Source: Octopus vulgaris (lineage: Eukaryota). From it: a stretch of DNA of 64,000 nucleotides. Under the pieces are notes generated by a model. It was given only the letters and a program-made list of their open reading frames with translations. It ran no database searches and had not been told where the DNA came from. The translations under genes were made by a program, and so were the position numbers. Below, in pieces: positions 40,007 to 53,730 of the stretch. The DNA is taken from the NCBI GenBank assembly GCA_951406725.2, contig OX597815.1, positions 130,014,001 through 130,078,000 on the forward strand. Direction: 5' to 3'. Every line of letters starts with the position of its first letter. Within the stretch, counting starts at the first letter, position 1.

Positions 40007-40316
40007 AAGGCGGCGAGCTGGCAGAAATGTTAGCACGCCTGGCGAAATGCTTACCGGTATTTCGTCTGTCTACGTTCTGAGTTCAAATTCCGCCGAGGTC
40101 GACTTTGCCTTTTATCCTTTCAGGGTCGATAAATTAACTACCAGTTTACGCACTGAGATCGATGTAATCGACTAGGCCTCTACCCCCAAATGTCAGGACT
40201 TGTGCCTTCAGTAGAAAGGAAAATCGTTAGCACACCGGGCAAAATGCTTAGTGGTATTTCGTCCGTTTTACGTTGAGTTCAGCCTTTCATCCTTTCGTGA
40301 TCAATAAAATAAACTA
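40007..40316 (+). mobile_element. SINE family B plus a partial second unit
   Basis: aaggcggcgagctggcagaaatgttagcac..gaggtcgactttgcc. Further copies at about 35355-35530, 52610-52790 and 2870-3010 (minus). Confidence 0.85.
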
Positions 40317-41149
40317 TTATCAGATGTGTGTGTAATTGTTGAACTGTGATCGTTTAATGTGGCTATGTGTGTTTCTCTAAAGTGCAATGTGTGTGTATTT
40401 GAAAAATGGTCTAAAGATGTACATTAGGAACTGAGAGTTTAATCTCAGAACTTACCTTCCTGTTAAGTTCCTAATAAATTCCTGTGCTCCGCGAAGGCCT
40501 AGTGACGTAGTATGTGTGTGTGTGTGTGTGGGGGGGGTCGCGGTTTGTGCGAACCGCACAGAATGGCCACTTCATATTATATACGTTTGCTGTAGTCATT
40601 TTATATTACTTTCATAGAAGACGGCTACCAAGTTGGTAATCGCAAAAAAAAAAATAAATAAATAAGGCGCTGAGAAAAAAACCGATGCTGCACCAGTGAC
40701 TCCGAATGCAAAACAAAACTGAGAGAACTGTTGGTAGTATGCTCCTCCGAATGGAAATGATGAAGGGTAGGTGATCCGTTGTCGTGTCTAATATCCCTTA
40801 GGTTCTTAATGAATCTGTTAGAAAATATAGGCCAGCTTTTTCACTGTTTGCCAATGTGCATAATCGTCATTTTAAGCGGTATATAAAAGCTCTTAGATAT
40901 ACTGGCGATACAGCCTGAAATATGGAAAGAGTGATCATTAAGTGTGGTAAGGGTCATAGTGTTGGTGAGGTAAGGGTAAGTGTAATAATGAAGAAAGATC
41001 AGGGTTGTGTATATGGGATGTGGAGAATTTACGGATCTCTCAAAATACAGTGGTAGGAAAAGCTTATATAGCATACCGTAGCGCGTGCAGGCACGCTATA
41101 CGATCTCGTCTAGTATTTTCAGAGGTATGAAACTAATAGGAGCGCGAAT

Positions 41150-42060
41150 CAACTAGTAGCAAGTGTGCTCGAAGAAAGTCTGCCCCAAAAATGGGTTGAT
41201 GAACGTCGGCGATTGTGAATACCCATGTGTTTTTTTTGTGAACCGATGTTGAGAGAAAGGATGCAGTGACCGTACGCCTCAATTGTGGAGCTGTTGACGG
41301 CCGTTAAAGGTTGGTCCTGCTTTCTGTAACGGAGGTCCCTTGCTGACGCTGGGATGATGCTGATTTCTCCTCCTATGTCGATTAGGAATATACGTGGAGC
41401 AGTTGATCGTGTTTGCCGGCCACCAGGGTATTCAAATGCGGTCGGCCCTGGAGTTCCCCGAGGTCGATGGCTAAAGGGTCCCGAAGTTACATGGTTGTTT
41501 GCACTTCGTAGCCTTTTTCCTGAACTTTGTGTGGAAGAAGCACAGATCGTCTTGTTTAACTCTACTACGTCTCGGGGATCACCCTATGGCGTTGACCATA
41601 ACACCACTGGATAAAAAATGTTTGTCGGCTGCTTTCGCTAACTGCCGCAGATCCTTGATCTCGGTCTGAGTTATGAGGGCCTGGACCTGGGATAGTAACC
41701 TGCGGGGAATTATTTCCCTAGACAAAAAGGAAGGTGACTCACTGGAGGGAACTAATGCTAACATCTTGCCCATCAACTCCGAAGGCTTGGAATCGCCCAA
41801 TTCTCCCCTCAGTATCTTGGCTGCCGCTTCCCGGTTGCTCCGCCGGAATGTATCCACCAGCCTGTTCTTTTAGCGTGGCATATTTGATGGGGGTTGGGTT
41901 AAAATGTCTAGCACCCTCGTTGCCGTGTCATCTAGTGCCACTATTAGGTACGAATATTTCGTTAGGTCTGATGTTATTTTACGTATGTTAAATTGCGCCT
42001 CCGCCTGCGCGAAACATAGCTCAGCCCTCTTCGGTCAGAATTATGGTCAGTTTTATACTG
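41150..42060 (-). mobile_element. Ty3/Gypsy-type gag-protease relic without visible LTRs
   Basis: ELCFAQAEAQF (about 42010), LGDSKPSELMGKMLAL..LAKAADK (ORF 41579-41857), CFFH..KCKQPC knuckle-like motif (about 41490-41545), and FLIDIGGEISIIP protease-like motif (about 41355-41390). Confidence 0.75.
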
Positions 42061-42087
42061 TTTTACCAATTAAAATGTAATGTGATA

Positions 42088-42143
<56 letters not shown>

Positions 42144-42610
42144 TGTGTTTATTCTTATGTATGTCGCTAAGCCAGGCTATCATAATCAACTTTTATTATA
42201 CAACGGGTAAAGAATCTGTTCTCTGAGCTGTGATATGTTAAAGTCTCCTTATGCATCTTAATAAAATATAGTTCATTCTTAGACACCAATTCCACTGAGG
42301 AACGAAAATAGTATTTCCATTAAAATTAGTTCACTGATGTGGTAAATTAAATAGTGGTATTGATAGATTTCTCACATATCCATCTCATTCACTTTCTATA
42401 TTTCTAAGTTTTGGTCAATTAAAGTTCCCCATGTTTTCTGTATTTCCCTTTTGAGAGCAAAATTCATTAACGATAATGGCGTTTCTTCTAGTTACAATAA
42501 AGATTCTAATTGATTGAAATTTATTCTTGGTTCATGACGTTCAGTATCGAATCCCACACTGGACTCTATATTCTACAAGCAGAAGATGAAACTGATAAGT
42601 TCAGAACACG

Positions 42611-42778
<168 letters not shown>

Positions 42779-42943
42779 TATATATATATATATCTGAAGA
42801 AACACAGAAAAGCTAGGCGCTTTATGGACGGTGAAACCCAAGGTAATCCCTTAACTGTCCTTAACTGGCCTTAACTGTCTTTATCTAATCCTATTGCTCT
42901 TTAACTTAGGGTGTGCTTCTCTTTCGGTTTCATGATTTACTGA

Positions 42944-43014
<71 letters not shown>

Positions 43015-43015
43015 C

Positions 43016-43084
<69 letters not shown>

Positions 43085-43248
43085 TTTCTCTCTTATTTTG
43101 CTCATATTCCTTTTTGTTGAAGAGCGTAGGCTTGAAACGGGTTCAGTACCACTGCGTGGCACCTTGGGAAAGTGTCTTCTACTATAGCCTCGGGCCGACC
43201 AAAGCCTTGTAAGTGAATTTGGTAGATGGAAACTGAAAGAAACCCGTC

Positions 43249-43301
<53 letters not shown>

Positions 43302-44462
43302 AAGTATTTGATAAAGTAGTTTGACTTTAGCCTCCCTTTCCAGCGTGTGGCTTTACTTATAGAAACAGCCCTTAATGTAATATTGTATTTTTAAAAATTA
43401 TATACTCCGTATTAATTTTCTATCTTAACCGTTTTACACGCTGGCTACTTCATAAAATCTGATATAAATTTTATCATTATATTTAATTCATACATATAAA
43501 ATATATAGATATGCATATGCATATGCATACACATGTGCGTGTATGTGTGTGTGTTTATATGTTGTGCATAAGAAATCTATGTAGAATCTAAAAGTCTACC
43601 CAAACATTACACTATATACAAAAGTATAATAAAAATGAGTGCAGTTATGATATAACGGGTATGTAATTACTAAAAGACACAGATGCTCGAAACTGAACCA
43701 TCTTGTATAAAAGTAGAATAACAATATGGCATAAAAGTAGCAATAATATACCATAAAAGGAAAACATATTATGTATAAAGAAGGAATAAAAGTGACTGTA
43801 AATATAACGAAATAGAAGTAAATGGTGTATATTAAAGTTATAAATGGAAAATGAAAAATCTATTAGACATAGACTAGAAAGATTTATTTGTAAGAAAGAA
43901 AGAAAGAATATAATGGACATGTAACCGACATAAATCAGGTTATATCCATATTTGAACAAATAAATATAAGTTGATAGAACCATATAAATTGTGTATGATA
44001 ATGCCGTTGGATAAATCTGATGAGAAATATAAATAGTGAGAGAGGAATAATAATTCAGTTTAGAGATACAGGCGGATATACAAAATTCAATCAAATTATA
44101 ATCAGAAAATCAATGAATTATGAAATATACATTTAGAATAGAAATGAAAATTATATGAATAAATGATAATTGAATAAACGAGAGATGAATATTATATTGC
44201 CAGTAGAGCTGTTGATATTATTAGGTGATATCCGTAAACATATTAAAACATACTGAGAGATAATATGCCATAAAGACGTGCTTAGTTACAAATGACAGCG
44301 AATATAAGGGTATATATTGAAGAGGAAACTATAAAGGTAACGAAAGAACGTATTTGATAGAAGAAAAAAGAGATATGCAATGCTTAATAATAAAGAAGGA
44401 TATAAATCATGACAGGGAAAATAAAGAAAGAGCCAGATAATGAGGTATATAAATCAGTTTAG

Positions 44463-44500
<38 letters not shown>

Positions 44501-45082
44501 TAAATGTAAGGATAAGTAAGTTAGGCAAATGGATATACAAAAGATATTAAATACATTTGATACGAAAATGTACATATGTATGCATATAAAAAGTCCGACT
44601 TACGCAATATAAATGACATCAGGAATTAAAGGGGTTGAGTAAGAGATTTACGAGTCCAACAGTGGTTTGTGAGGGCTTGGTGGTCCAAAATAGTGATTGT
44701 AACTTGATTTCATCATCGGATACTACTAGCCTCCGTCTACAGGGAAGAATTTTACATTTGAGTTGTATACAGAATGGAGTTTAAAGATACATATGTACAA
44801 TTTTCGTTTTAAATGCATTTAAAATTGTTTGTACATCGACTTATCTAACTTGCTTGTCCTTACAATTACTCCTTTACCTGCTCAAGTTCAAATCACTTGA
44901 GCACTATAAAGTGTATTCTATATAGAGAACACCTGTGGATAACACTGGTGGCGTGGAGAGGGGAGGCCGGTATGCATGGGCGACTGCTGGTCTTCCATAA
45001 ACAACCTTTCCCGAACTTATGCCTGGGAGGGTAACTTTCTAGGTGCAATCCCATGGTCTGTGTCGTGACCGAAGGGGGTCTC

Positions 45083-45149
<67 letters not shown>

Positions 45150-45244
45150 ATATTACGGAGATGTACTTGCATAGCAAGTGACTTGATCTGAGATCGTGTG
45201 CTGGAACGAAAACAATTGCAGCGTGGAAGGTGTTTATAAGGCAT

Positions 45245-45482
45245 TTTAAGAAACACACAAAAACCGTTAGATTCACTTCAACATTTAAATTTAATTTGTC
45301 AAAATATTTTCGTCGCTTTGAGACCGCGACCTGTTCACTGACAAAATTCCGTGCTACAGCACGGAATTCCGAGATGTAGCACGGAATTTTGTCAGGGAAC
45401 AAAGTTGCGATCTCAAAGCGACGAAAATATTTTGACAAATCAAATTTAAATGTTGAAGTGAATCTAACGGTGTTTCTTAAAC
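45245..45482. repeat. Near-perfect palindrome with arms of about 110 bp
   Basis: accgttagattcacttcaacatttaaattt..ccgtgctaca / tgtagcacgg..aaatttaaatgttgaagtgaatctaacggt. Confidence 0.92.
45295..45345 (-). ncRNA. Hammerhead variant with G3-C8 core (inverted twin at 45388-45439)
   Basis: Minus strand: tttgtca GTGAACA g gtcgc-ggtctcaaa-gcgac GAAA-ata-TTT tgacaaa. 7-bp stem I, palindromic aaaatatttt. Confidence 0.65.
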
Positions 45483-47363
45483 ATCCAGACAGGTGATACA
45501 AAAAAGGGGCAACAAAACATCCAGATATCAGATACAATGAAAACAAGGGCGGAAAAAGGGAGAATGTTACACGAATACAAATAACCTGACATAACAACAG
45601 ATGTCTTTTGACTAAGGACGAATTAAATTAAGCTGGTGTGTGTGGAAATAAAGCCTTACGGAAAGGATACAAGATCTCATAGATACAGGGAGGAATATAG
45701 ATGTTGCATAGATACACGGCCGAGTACAGTTGCCCAAGAATGTCAGAAATAAGCAATCACTCGTATCCTAATTAATAACGTATGTGTATAAAGTATTACA
45801 AATTTAGTCTCATGATAGAAAAACGGTTTCATGTTAAAGAACCTCTATGTTTGGAAAGAAATTAACAGTTTGCATTCCTAACATGTCTGAAATGTCTAAA
45901 CAATTAGAAATTTCTTTAGCACGAAACCATTCGCTGGCATCAGTCGGTACTTGTGTGTGTATGTGCGCATATATAAGTACTTATGTTTCTAAGTGTGTAT
46001 GTAGATATGTGTGTGTGTGTGTGCGTATATACACAAAAATCTATATGTATTCATACACATATACACAAAAAATGTTTGATGACAATGTTTGAAGTAGCAT
46101 CATTGATGCATTGCAAAGTGACTTCGAAGACTGTTTTTAGTCTAAACGAAAGCAAGCGTTTTGATGTGTTGCCACTGTTACCTGTGTGTCAGGACTCTTG
46201 TCTACGTTGTCATACTTGCATACGACCACAATAAATTCTAAAGTGAAGGTCTGAGTCATTAAATCTCCACTTTACTCGCTCGCAAATGCTTCAGATGTAA
46301 ATGAAACTAAAAATGGCATTGGCATTAAAACAACATTATTGTTGTCGATACTTTCATGTTATCCAATACACATTTACACAAATCATCAAAGTGTGTAAAT
46401 GCTTTTCCTGTGAACGAGCCGTAGTATATTCCTATTTAATTATTTCTCAAAAATACAAGAATGTTTCTACTAAGGAAACAGGCAATGTGATTACGACTAA
46501 AAGCTTCTTTCTTAACACGGCTGTATTGGTAGATAGACAATGTTCACCTGGTGTAGAATGCTCCCTTGTACAACAGCCATCTTACGTTACCTGTAACCAG
46601 AATCGGTGATCGATGAAAATATACGAGAACTGTTATAAGCCGATCTAAATGAAAACCGGATTATTCTGGCACCTACTGTTTACTTCCTACACCTGAATAT
46701 TTATTATTTATTTTTTATCTAGAAACAACGAATTGCCGGCAATGAGTTCGTACTTATGTTGGGTAAATGTAATATAGATTCCAAGGAGCAAAACGGTAAG
46801 GTAGAGAAGAAAGAGCGTTAGTCGGAGGTGTTGATTCTCGAGGAAACAATGAACGTCCAGTATAGTGGTGGAGTACAGTGGTAGAGGAGGTCTGGAATGT
46901 AGAAAAGGGAGGGAAGTATGAAAAGAAGTAAAGTAAAGAGAAAGGTTATAAGTGATTTGGAAAAGTAAAGATCCGACTTAATCTATTATGATAGTTTTAG
47001 GAAACGGTAATTCAAAGTGTGAGTAACTCCAAGAATTATGGTACTCCAGTGGTAGAAAGATATATAAACTTTGTAAAGGAGAGAAAATATCTAGTTTTAT
47101 AATTTTAAATATATTTACATTTTCCGACGATTAAAAGTCCTTTGCAAGACTGTTCATATTGATGCGCAAAGATTGACTGGGATTTCAAATAAAATTACAG
47201 CTTCAACATAGTTTGATTCTTTAAAACTTTTACCGTTCTTTAATCAATCTTGAATATTCCTTTTTCAGTGTTATTATTTTTAGTCATAAACATAAAGTAA
47301 TATTTTATATATATATATATATATATGTATATATAATCTTAAAAATGGGGAAGGACGTTTTCT

Positions 47364-47424
47364 GGGATTACCTTAGATTTCCCGTCCATAAAGGGTTTAG
47401 CTTTATGGCGTAACGTCAGATCCC
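47364..47424 (-). ncRNA. Degenerate hammerhead in a fold-back unit (47338-47530)
   Basis: Minus strand: gggat CTGACGTta cgccataaag-ctaaacc-ctttatggacg g GAAAT-ctaag-GTA atccc. A sister copy at 42793-42850 has CTGAAGA..GAAAC-ccaag-GTA atccc. Confidence 0.55.
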
Positions 47425-48255
47425 AAAAACATGTTGGCTCATGATATCTTAAAAATTCCCGTCCGTAAAAGGTTTAGATTTATGGGAAACCTAAGCTAAT
47501 CCCATAAACTGGTCTTCCCAATTTTTAATATATACTGCTCTATATCTTAGAGTGTGCTTCTTCTTTCGGATTTATGTTTCTTTTACAAACGAGACACACA
47601 CACACACATACCTATGTAATGTATCGACTGGAACACTTCACAGTTATGCTTCAGTATAACCAAAATTCAATGACTGAAACATTTATACTCACATACATAC
47701 ATAAATACACACATACATGAATGTATACACACACACACACACATATATATGTATATATGCACCAACTGTATAGTTGGTATATATATATATATACATGAGT
47801 GTGTGTGTGTCTGTATGTAAGCAGACATGTCTTATCTATTCCTCTACTTAAAAGCTAATAGAGACATGTGAAAGCCAAGTAATAATTGATTCATGTATTA
47901 TTAATTGAACTGCTGTATCTCAGTCAACTAACAAATGTTCTTCCAGTTTTGCTTACTATAGTAATGATAGACAAAATTATTCCTCGCGCGTTTCATTTGA
48001 AATTATTGTATTCTGTGTCTAGTTTCAAAGACAAAATGAAACAGGGTGTTGTTTGAGAACATTCTGATAAACATTCCTACTACAACGTAAATGGCAGTTC
48101 TACAAAGCATTAAAACTTTTCTCAGGTTTAAAATTTGACATTGATTCCGTTATCTACATTGAATTATGGCGCTTTATATTTTTGCTCGAAACCGGCTCTT
48201 CAAAAGAAGAATCTAAATAATTAAAACAGAAGAGAAACGTACATACATACATACA

Positions 48256-48284
<29 letters not shown>

Positions 48285-48286
<2 letters not shown>

Positions 48287-48530
48287 TGAGGCCCTGGGAC
48301 ATGTAACACGTTGCCTAAATGGCAATCTTGAGAAATTAGGCTTCTCGAAACCAGAAAGGAGAAAGCTAATTCGAAGACTACAGATCCAATCCATGGCTGG
48401 AACTGTAAAAATCTGTGAAACTTGTCAAAAGTTCATCATTTTAGTATATATGAGCATGGCTAGATATGCAACTATATGCATGAGAATACAGATATAAAAT
48501 ATACAAATCTGCATATACATACATGCATAT
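48285..48530 (+). mobile_element. 3' fragment of the (CATA)n-associated LINE family, opposite strand
   Basis: aatcttgagaaattaggcttctcgaaaccagaaaggagaaagctaattcgaagactacagat is the reverse complement of 11700-11760. Directly preceded by (CATA)n. Confidence 0.85.
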
Positions 48531-48873
48531 ACAAACCTCACTTCCCAACCACATGGTTCCGAGTTCAATCCCACTGCGTGGCACCTTGGGCATGTGTCCC
48601 TACTTTAGCCTCGGGCCGACCAAAGGCTTGTAAGTAGATTTGGTAGACGGAAAGAGAAGACATCGTCCTATATATATATATATATATAAATTTTTTTCAG
48701 AATGAGATAGAAATCCAAGGCCGTGAAAGATTCTTATATGTATACCATTCTGCCTAAATAATAGATCTACTGATGCAATATTCCTGCATTTCTCACATCT
48801 ATTTTCATTCATCCACTTCACTCTCTATTTCATCTTATCTAAATTAACTATTGCTTAACCACCTTCTCACACC

Positions 48874-48921
48874 GTCTCCGATGAAGGGATATATAAAATA
48901 TCCCGGAAACAGCTGTAAGAC
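48874..48921 (+). ncRNA. Hammerhead motif inside a fold-back unit (48685-48995)
   Basis: gtct CCGATGA a gggatat-ataaa-atatccc g GAAAC-agct-GTA agac. A sister copy at 8218-8269 has the core TTGATGA. Confidence 0.7.
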
Positions 48922-48996
48922 CTTGTATTTATAAATGTTCTAAAATCTTTCACGGCCTTATATTTTTATCTCATTCTGAAAAAACTTTATATATAA

Positions 48997-49048
<52 letters not shown>

Positions 49049-49095
49049 AACAAATCAAAATAGAAAATGCTAAAATAATTTTATAAAGAACATTT

Positions 49096-49133
49096 CAGTA
49101 CCGGTTTCGGTCATTTTGAGACCTTTTCAACTG
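49096..49133 (-). ncRNA. Hammerhead variant with U3-A8 core
   Basis: Minus strand: cag TTGAAAA ggtc-tcaaaat-gacc GAAAC-cg-GTA ctg. Confidence 0.7.
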
Positions 49134-49592
49134 TAACGATTAAATAATTAAATTTAGAAAAATTAAAAGAAAAGTTTTTTTAAAGGAATATTTGTATAGT
49201 GTTCAAATATAAGTGGCATTCTGCCTTTCTCTGTCTCCCTTGTTTGCACTTGTGTGTTCGAGGCCGTTGTGAATTCTTGGTAGGGTAGAAGAAGAAGAAG
49301 GTTGATGAGGAGAGGGGTGGAAAAATTTGGGAGTGCCTTGATGGTCGTATTTTGAATGGTCAGTGGCGGCTAGCAGTTGCAGTTCAATTCAGGAGAATAT
49401 TTCTATTGAAAGGTTTGTTTATGGAATTTGCGTAGGTGTTATACTAAAAAGCATTAGTGATGAAGTTAAGAGGTAGATGTTTATATATGACGTACTCCTT
49501 ATTCGGATAATCACCGAACCTGGAGCTTAACTATGGTCTGTCCATAGCACTTACTCAGCCTTACCTGACACCTTTGGTCAGCCTTACCTGAC

Positions 49593-49660
<68 letters not shown>

Positions 49661-49907
49661 CTTTATATATAAAATATATATATATGAATGTATATTAGTC
49701 CCCCACCACTGCTTGACAACCGGTGTTGGTTTGTATCTTAACGGTTCGGCTAAAAGAATGGATAGAATAGGTACCTGGCCTAAACAAATAAGTACTGAGG
49801 TCTATTCATTCAACTGACAGCTCTTCAAAGTCGTGATCCAGCATGGACGCTGTCTAATGACTGAAACGAGTAAAAGACACACACACACACATACACACAC
49901 TCACACA

Positions 49908-50012
<105 letters not shown>

Positions 50013-50744
50013 CTGTTTGCCTCGGAGTAGGAGTTTTGAGTTCAAAACTCTCAGTTCAGGCACAGTAATATTGAGACGACTAACAGAGGCCTAAACATAC
50101 CTAAAAGCCACTTTTAGTTTCTCTCAAAACATCAACTCCGCTGCTATTATCTGGTGAGGTGGACGTGGTCCACGTGTCCCTGAAATTTTAAGTGATGTGC
50201 AGTTGAGTCAAACCTTTATTAAAATTATATGTAACTCCTACAAAAAGTAGTGAATGCTACTTTCTTACGTTTGTCCACTCACTCAGCGACAGAAGCAGTA
50301 TTGATACCAAAGCAGTATTAATCTCCAGCGTAAGTGCGTTATTTATCTTGAGAGGATCTGTCATAAGGTCTTGTGGACTTGTTGTGCATGAAAGCACTCG
50401 TAATTACGGACGTCGGAACCACGAGATCACCTGATTTCACCCTGCTAATGGTTCCTCAGTGACTGATGTCCAGCAGCAGTCTGTGAAGAGAAATAACCCG
50501 GAAATCGCGATACACAGATATTGCTTTGAGCTGAGTGGGGTTTCTAGATCTCTAGTTCGAAAATATAAGGACACAGATCGTGTTGTACAGCCAGCTGGAG
50601 ACATGCCTCCTGGGGCTAAATTACAGCAACATTTGTCCCGAACCAGGACTGCCATGTTATGTTGGCAAATAATCTTTACTCCATCTGTGAACCTCTTTAG
50701 TACTTTTGTTGCTTTTTCTTATTTGCATTAACTTTTTGTTATAC

Positions 50745-50747
50745 CTA

Positions 50748-50790
<43 letters not shown>

Positions 50791-50837
50791 GCCCGTGTCT
50801 GTCTGCTTGTCTGTGTCTTTCTGTCTCTGTCTTTCTG

Positions 50838-50928
<91 letters not shown>

Positions 50929-50933
50929 GTCTT

Positions 50934-51022
<89 letters not shown>
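50745..51022. repeat. Compound (CTGT)n/(CTAT)n microsatellite
   Basis: Direct read. Similar arrays at 3988-4115 and 57234-57420. Confidence 0.97.
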
Positions 51023-51633
51023 TTATTTATCTTCGTTTTCTATGTCAACATTCATGGATGCTGGTTCAGGTATAGCCTAACTTACCCTTCTATTGGCAGA
51101 GAAGTCCGATTTTCTTGAAGTAAATCCTTCACGTGGTATTTACATTCTATCTCTTCTCTCCAGATTATAAACCATATAGCAACTTATTCTTAAAATATAG
51201 TGTCTGCTTCTACAAAGAATCTGTTTTGCCCTACCCATCATTTACTCCTCTCATCTGTTTATCAGTAACGCGGAACTCCAGTGATCTGGTTTAAAATCTC
51301 ACTTTTTCCAAATTTAGTTAATATCCATACCGCCGCTTTCCGAACTCCTCTATCATCACCTCCTTTTGGTCTCCAAAACTGTTAATTGTAGAGGCTGAAT
51401 CATCATCTGTATATGTCGGTTGTATTTATTACCCTCATTTACTCGTATTCTGCTTACGTAAATAGATCTAACGATAAAATCCCAACATCTACCTACCAAA
51501 TACAATCTCTATTATGTTATGATTATCTGATCAACATCATAACAATGCAATGCCACATAATCTTATTACTTATTAAAACCGGGGTCGATTAATGTCCTCT
51601 GTGTGAATTTGAAGACAGAAATAGAGCCATTCG

Positions 51634-51664
<31 letters not shown>

Positions 51665-52476
51665 AAATGACATAAAAAACGACATTGTACAGGGCTAAGT
51701 AAATTAGTTTGGCGTCTTAAAGACAACAATATAGATTTTAAGTTAGATTGGTTCATACTGTCTGTATCCTTTCCTTTTGATAAGGGCAGGTAATTTTGTA
51801 ACATTTGCAACTCTGAACTCTTCCATATTCTCTTCTCTAAGGATCCCCTTGTAAACACACTTATAGAGAAATCGTACAAATGTAAACACTGGGAGAAACA
51901 TACTTTTTACACATATAAATGATTTCGATAGTCATTATAGTTTGAACAATTAGTTTAACGTGCACTTCACTTCAATAGAGAAATCCTTTCCGAAGCCTTT
52001 GAACATTCTTTTAATCAACGTACCCCTCCCTCTCTATTTGTTCCCTATTTATTATTCCTTTAACCCTTCTCTTCCTACTATCTAACTTTGACGTCAATTC
52101 TACTAACGGTTTTTTTAAAACACTTATTAACGTTTTGTTTATCATGTAGGCAGTCATCGTAATTATTATTGTCTTGTTGTTGAGAGAGGCTCCCTTTCTT
52201 TCCTGATAAGATTGCATCTTACACCGTTTATTCCTTTGGAATAAAACCATGTTGTCTTCGAAACATATGTCGAAAGTAAAGGAATTTTATTAACATCTTC
52301 GTTCAACTCCATTTATTTATTTATTCATATATAACACACAAATTTCTGCACATGAACCCGGAGTTTCTACCTTTGGATAGGTCGCTTCAACCGTGTTTCT
52401 GACGTGAATTTGCTACCTTGGTATCGGTTCATCGAATTTTCCATGTTGACGGTAAACATAGGATAATTCATTCACC

Positions 52477-52528
<52 letters not shown>

Positions 52529-53029
52529 AACACATATAGTCACTAGTTCATATTTCCGACAAAGAAGCATGCTCTAAACTATTAGAACGGTAATATATTT
52601 AGAAGATTAAAGGCAGCGAAACGTTAGCACGCCGGCGAGATGCTTAGCGATATTTCGTCTGTCTTAACGTTCTGAGTTCAAATTCCACTGTGGTCGACTT
52701 TGCCTTTTATCCTTTCGGGGGCAATAAATTAAGTACCAGTTGCGTACTGGGGTCGTTGTAATTTCGGGCCTTGTGCCTAGAGTAGAAAAGAATATGTATA
52801 TAAGCATGTTTGTGTGCGTGCGTGTGTCTATGTATGAATGCCTTTGTATCAGTGTTTGTCCCCACCTCAGCGTGACAAACGATGTTCTTTGTTTACGCAC
52901 AGTTGGACAAAAACGATAGAATAAGAACCTGACCTAAAAATAAGTACTAGTGTCAATTTATTCGACAACATTCACCAAGCGGTATTCTAGCATGGCCGTA
53001 ATCCAATGACTGAAAAACAGTAAAGAAAA

Positions 53030-53730
53030 CAGTACTACCCATGTACTGTCGAACGAATCCCCATCGTTTCTGAACACATTTCTCTTTGGGTCTATCAAAA
53101 ACATGTAATTCTGTATCCCGTGCTTAAGAAGGGCAGCCGTCTCAACCCTGTCAGAACAATATTCACCAAACCTCTCAAAGGTGACGACAATTCGTAGGAA
53201 CAACTATGGCATTTATCACATTAGGTTTGCTTCTTTAATCCGACGTAGAAAGTTCAATTTTTACAAAACCCAGTATTAAAAATGTCTGCAATTGCAGACT
53301 CTCACGTTTTCATAACTTCATTGACAGCAGTATTGCTTCCTTCGATTTTGGAAACCTTCAACTGTTTCCGAACCACTTGATTATTAACTAAATTTCCGGT
53401 GTATTATGTTCACCTGTCTCTTTATCTGATCGAGCATTTCCTGTTAGGTCGCCACTTCACATTGCCTGTCAAAGGGCATTTATTTGATTAACGATCTGTA
53501 TATGCTTCAGTACATCTCGAGATCCGATTATGTATCTCAAACTCTTCCCCCCCCCATTATTACTTCTAACAACGTAGACGATGCCACGCTTTATGCCATG
53601 TTAACCATCTTTAAGTAGACGTCATCTACATACAACCGTGATCTTCCAATCCAGAATTGTGCCATTTGTTCGAATATATACCTTGAAACATCCTTCCAAG
53701 GGCGACATATAAACCTAGACTCGATCATCA
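53030..53730 (-). mobile_element. Degraded Penelope-like RT/GIY-YIG fragment
   Basis: Minus strand RLYVDDVY (about 53620, PLE RYVDD motif) and RQYMGST (about 53035-53050, YIG half of GIY-YIG). Many stops. Confidence 0.55.

Larger units (their letters stand above)
48540..49876 (+). mobile_element. SINE family A split by two hammerhead-bearing inserts
   Basis: 5' half 48540-48668 and 3' half 49698-49876 (gcttgacaaccgg...ccagcatggacgc...gactgaaac). (TA)n-bounded inserts lie between them. Confidence 0.7.

Noticed and set aside
46740-47240. Possible further GIY-YIG remnant, and AT-rich ORF 43645-44094
   Set aside because: Only a weak partial motif, and the ORF is low-complexity AT-rich sequence.
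51070-52440. Traces of RT motifs on the minus strand (LQGDP-like, YTDD-like)
   Set aside because: Too decayed to define a family or boundaries.
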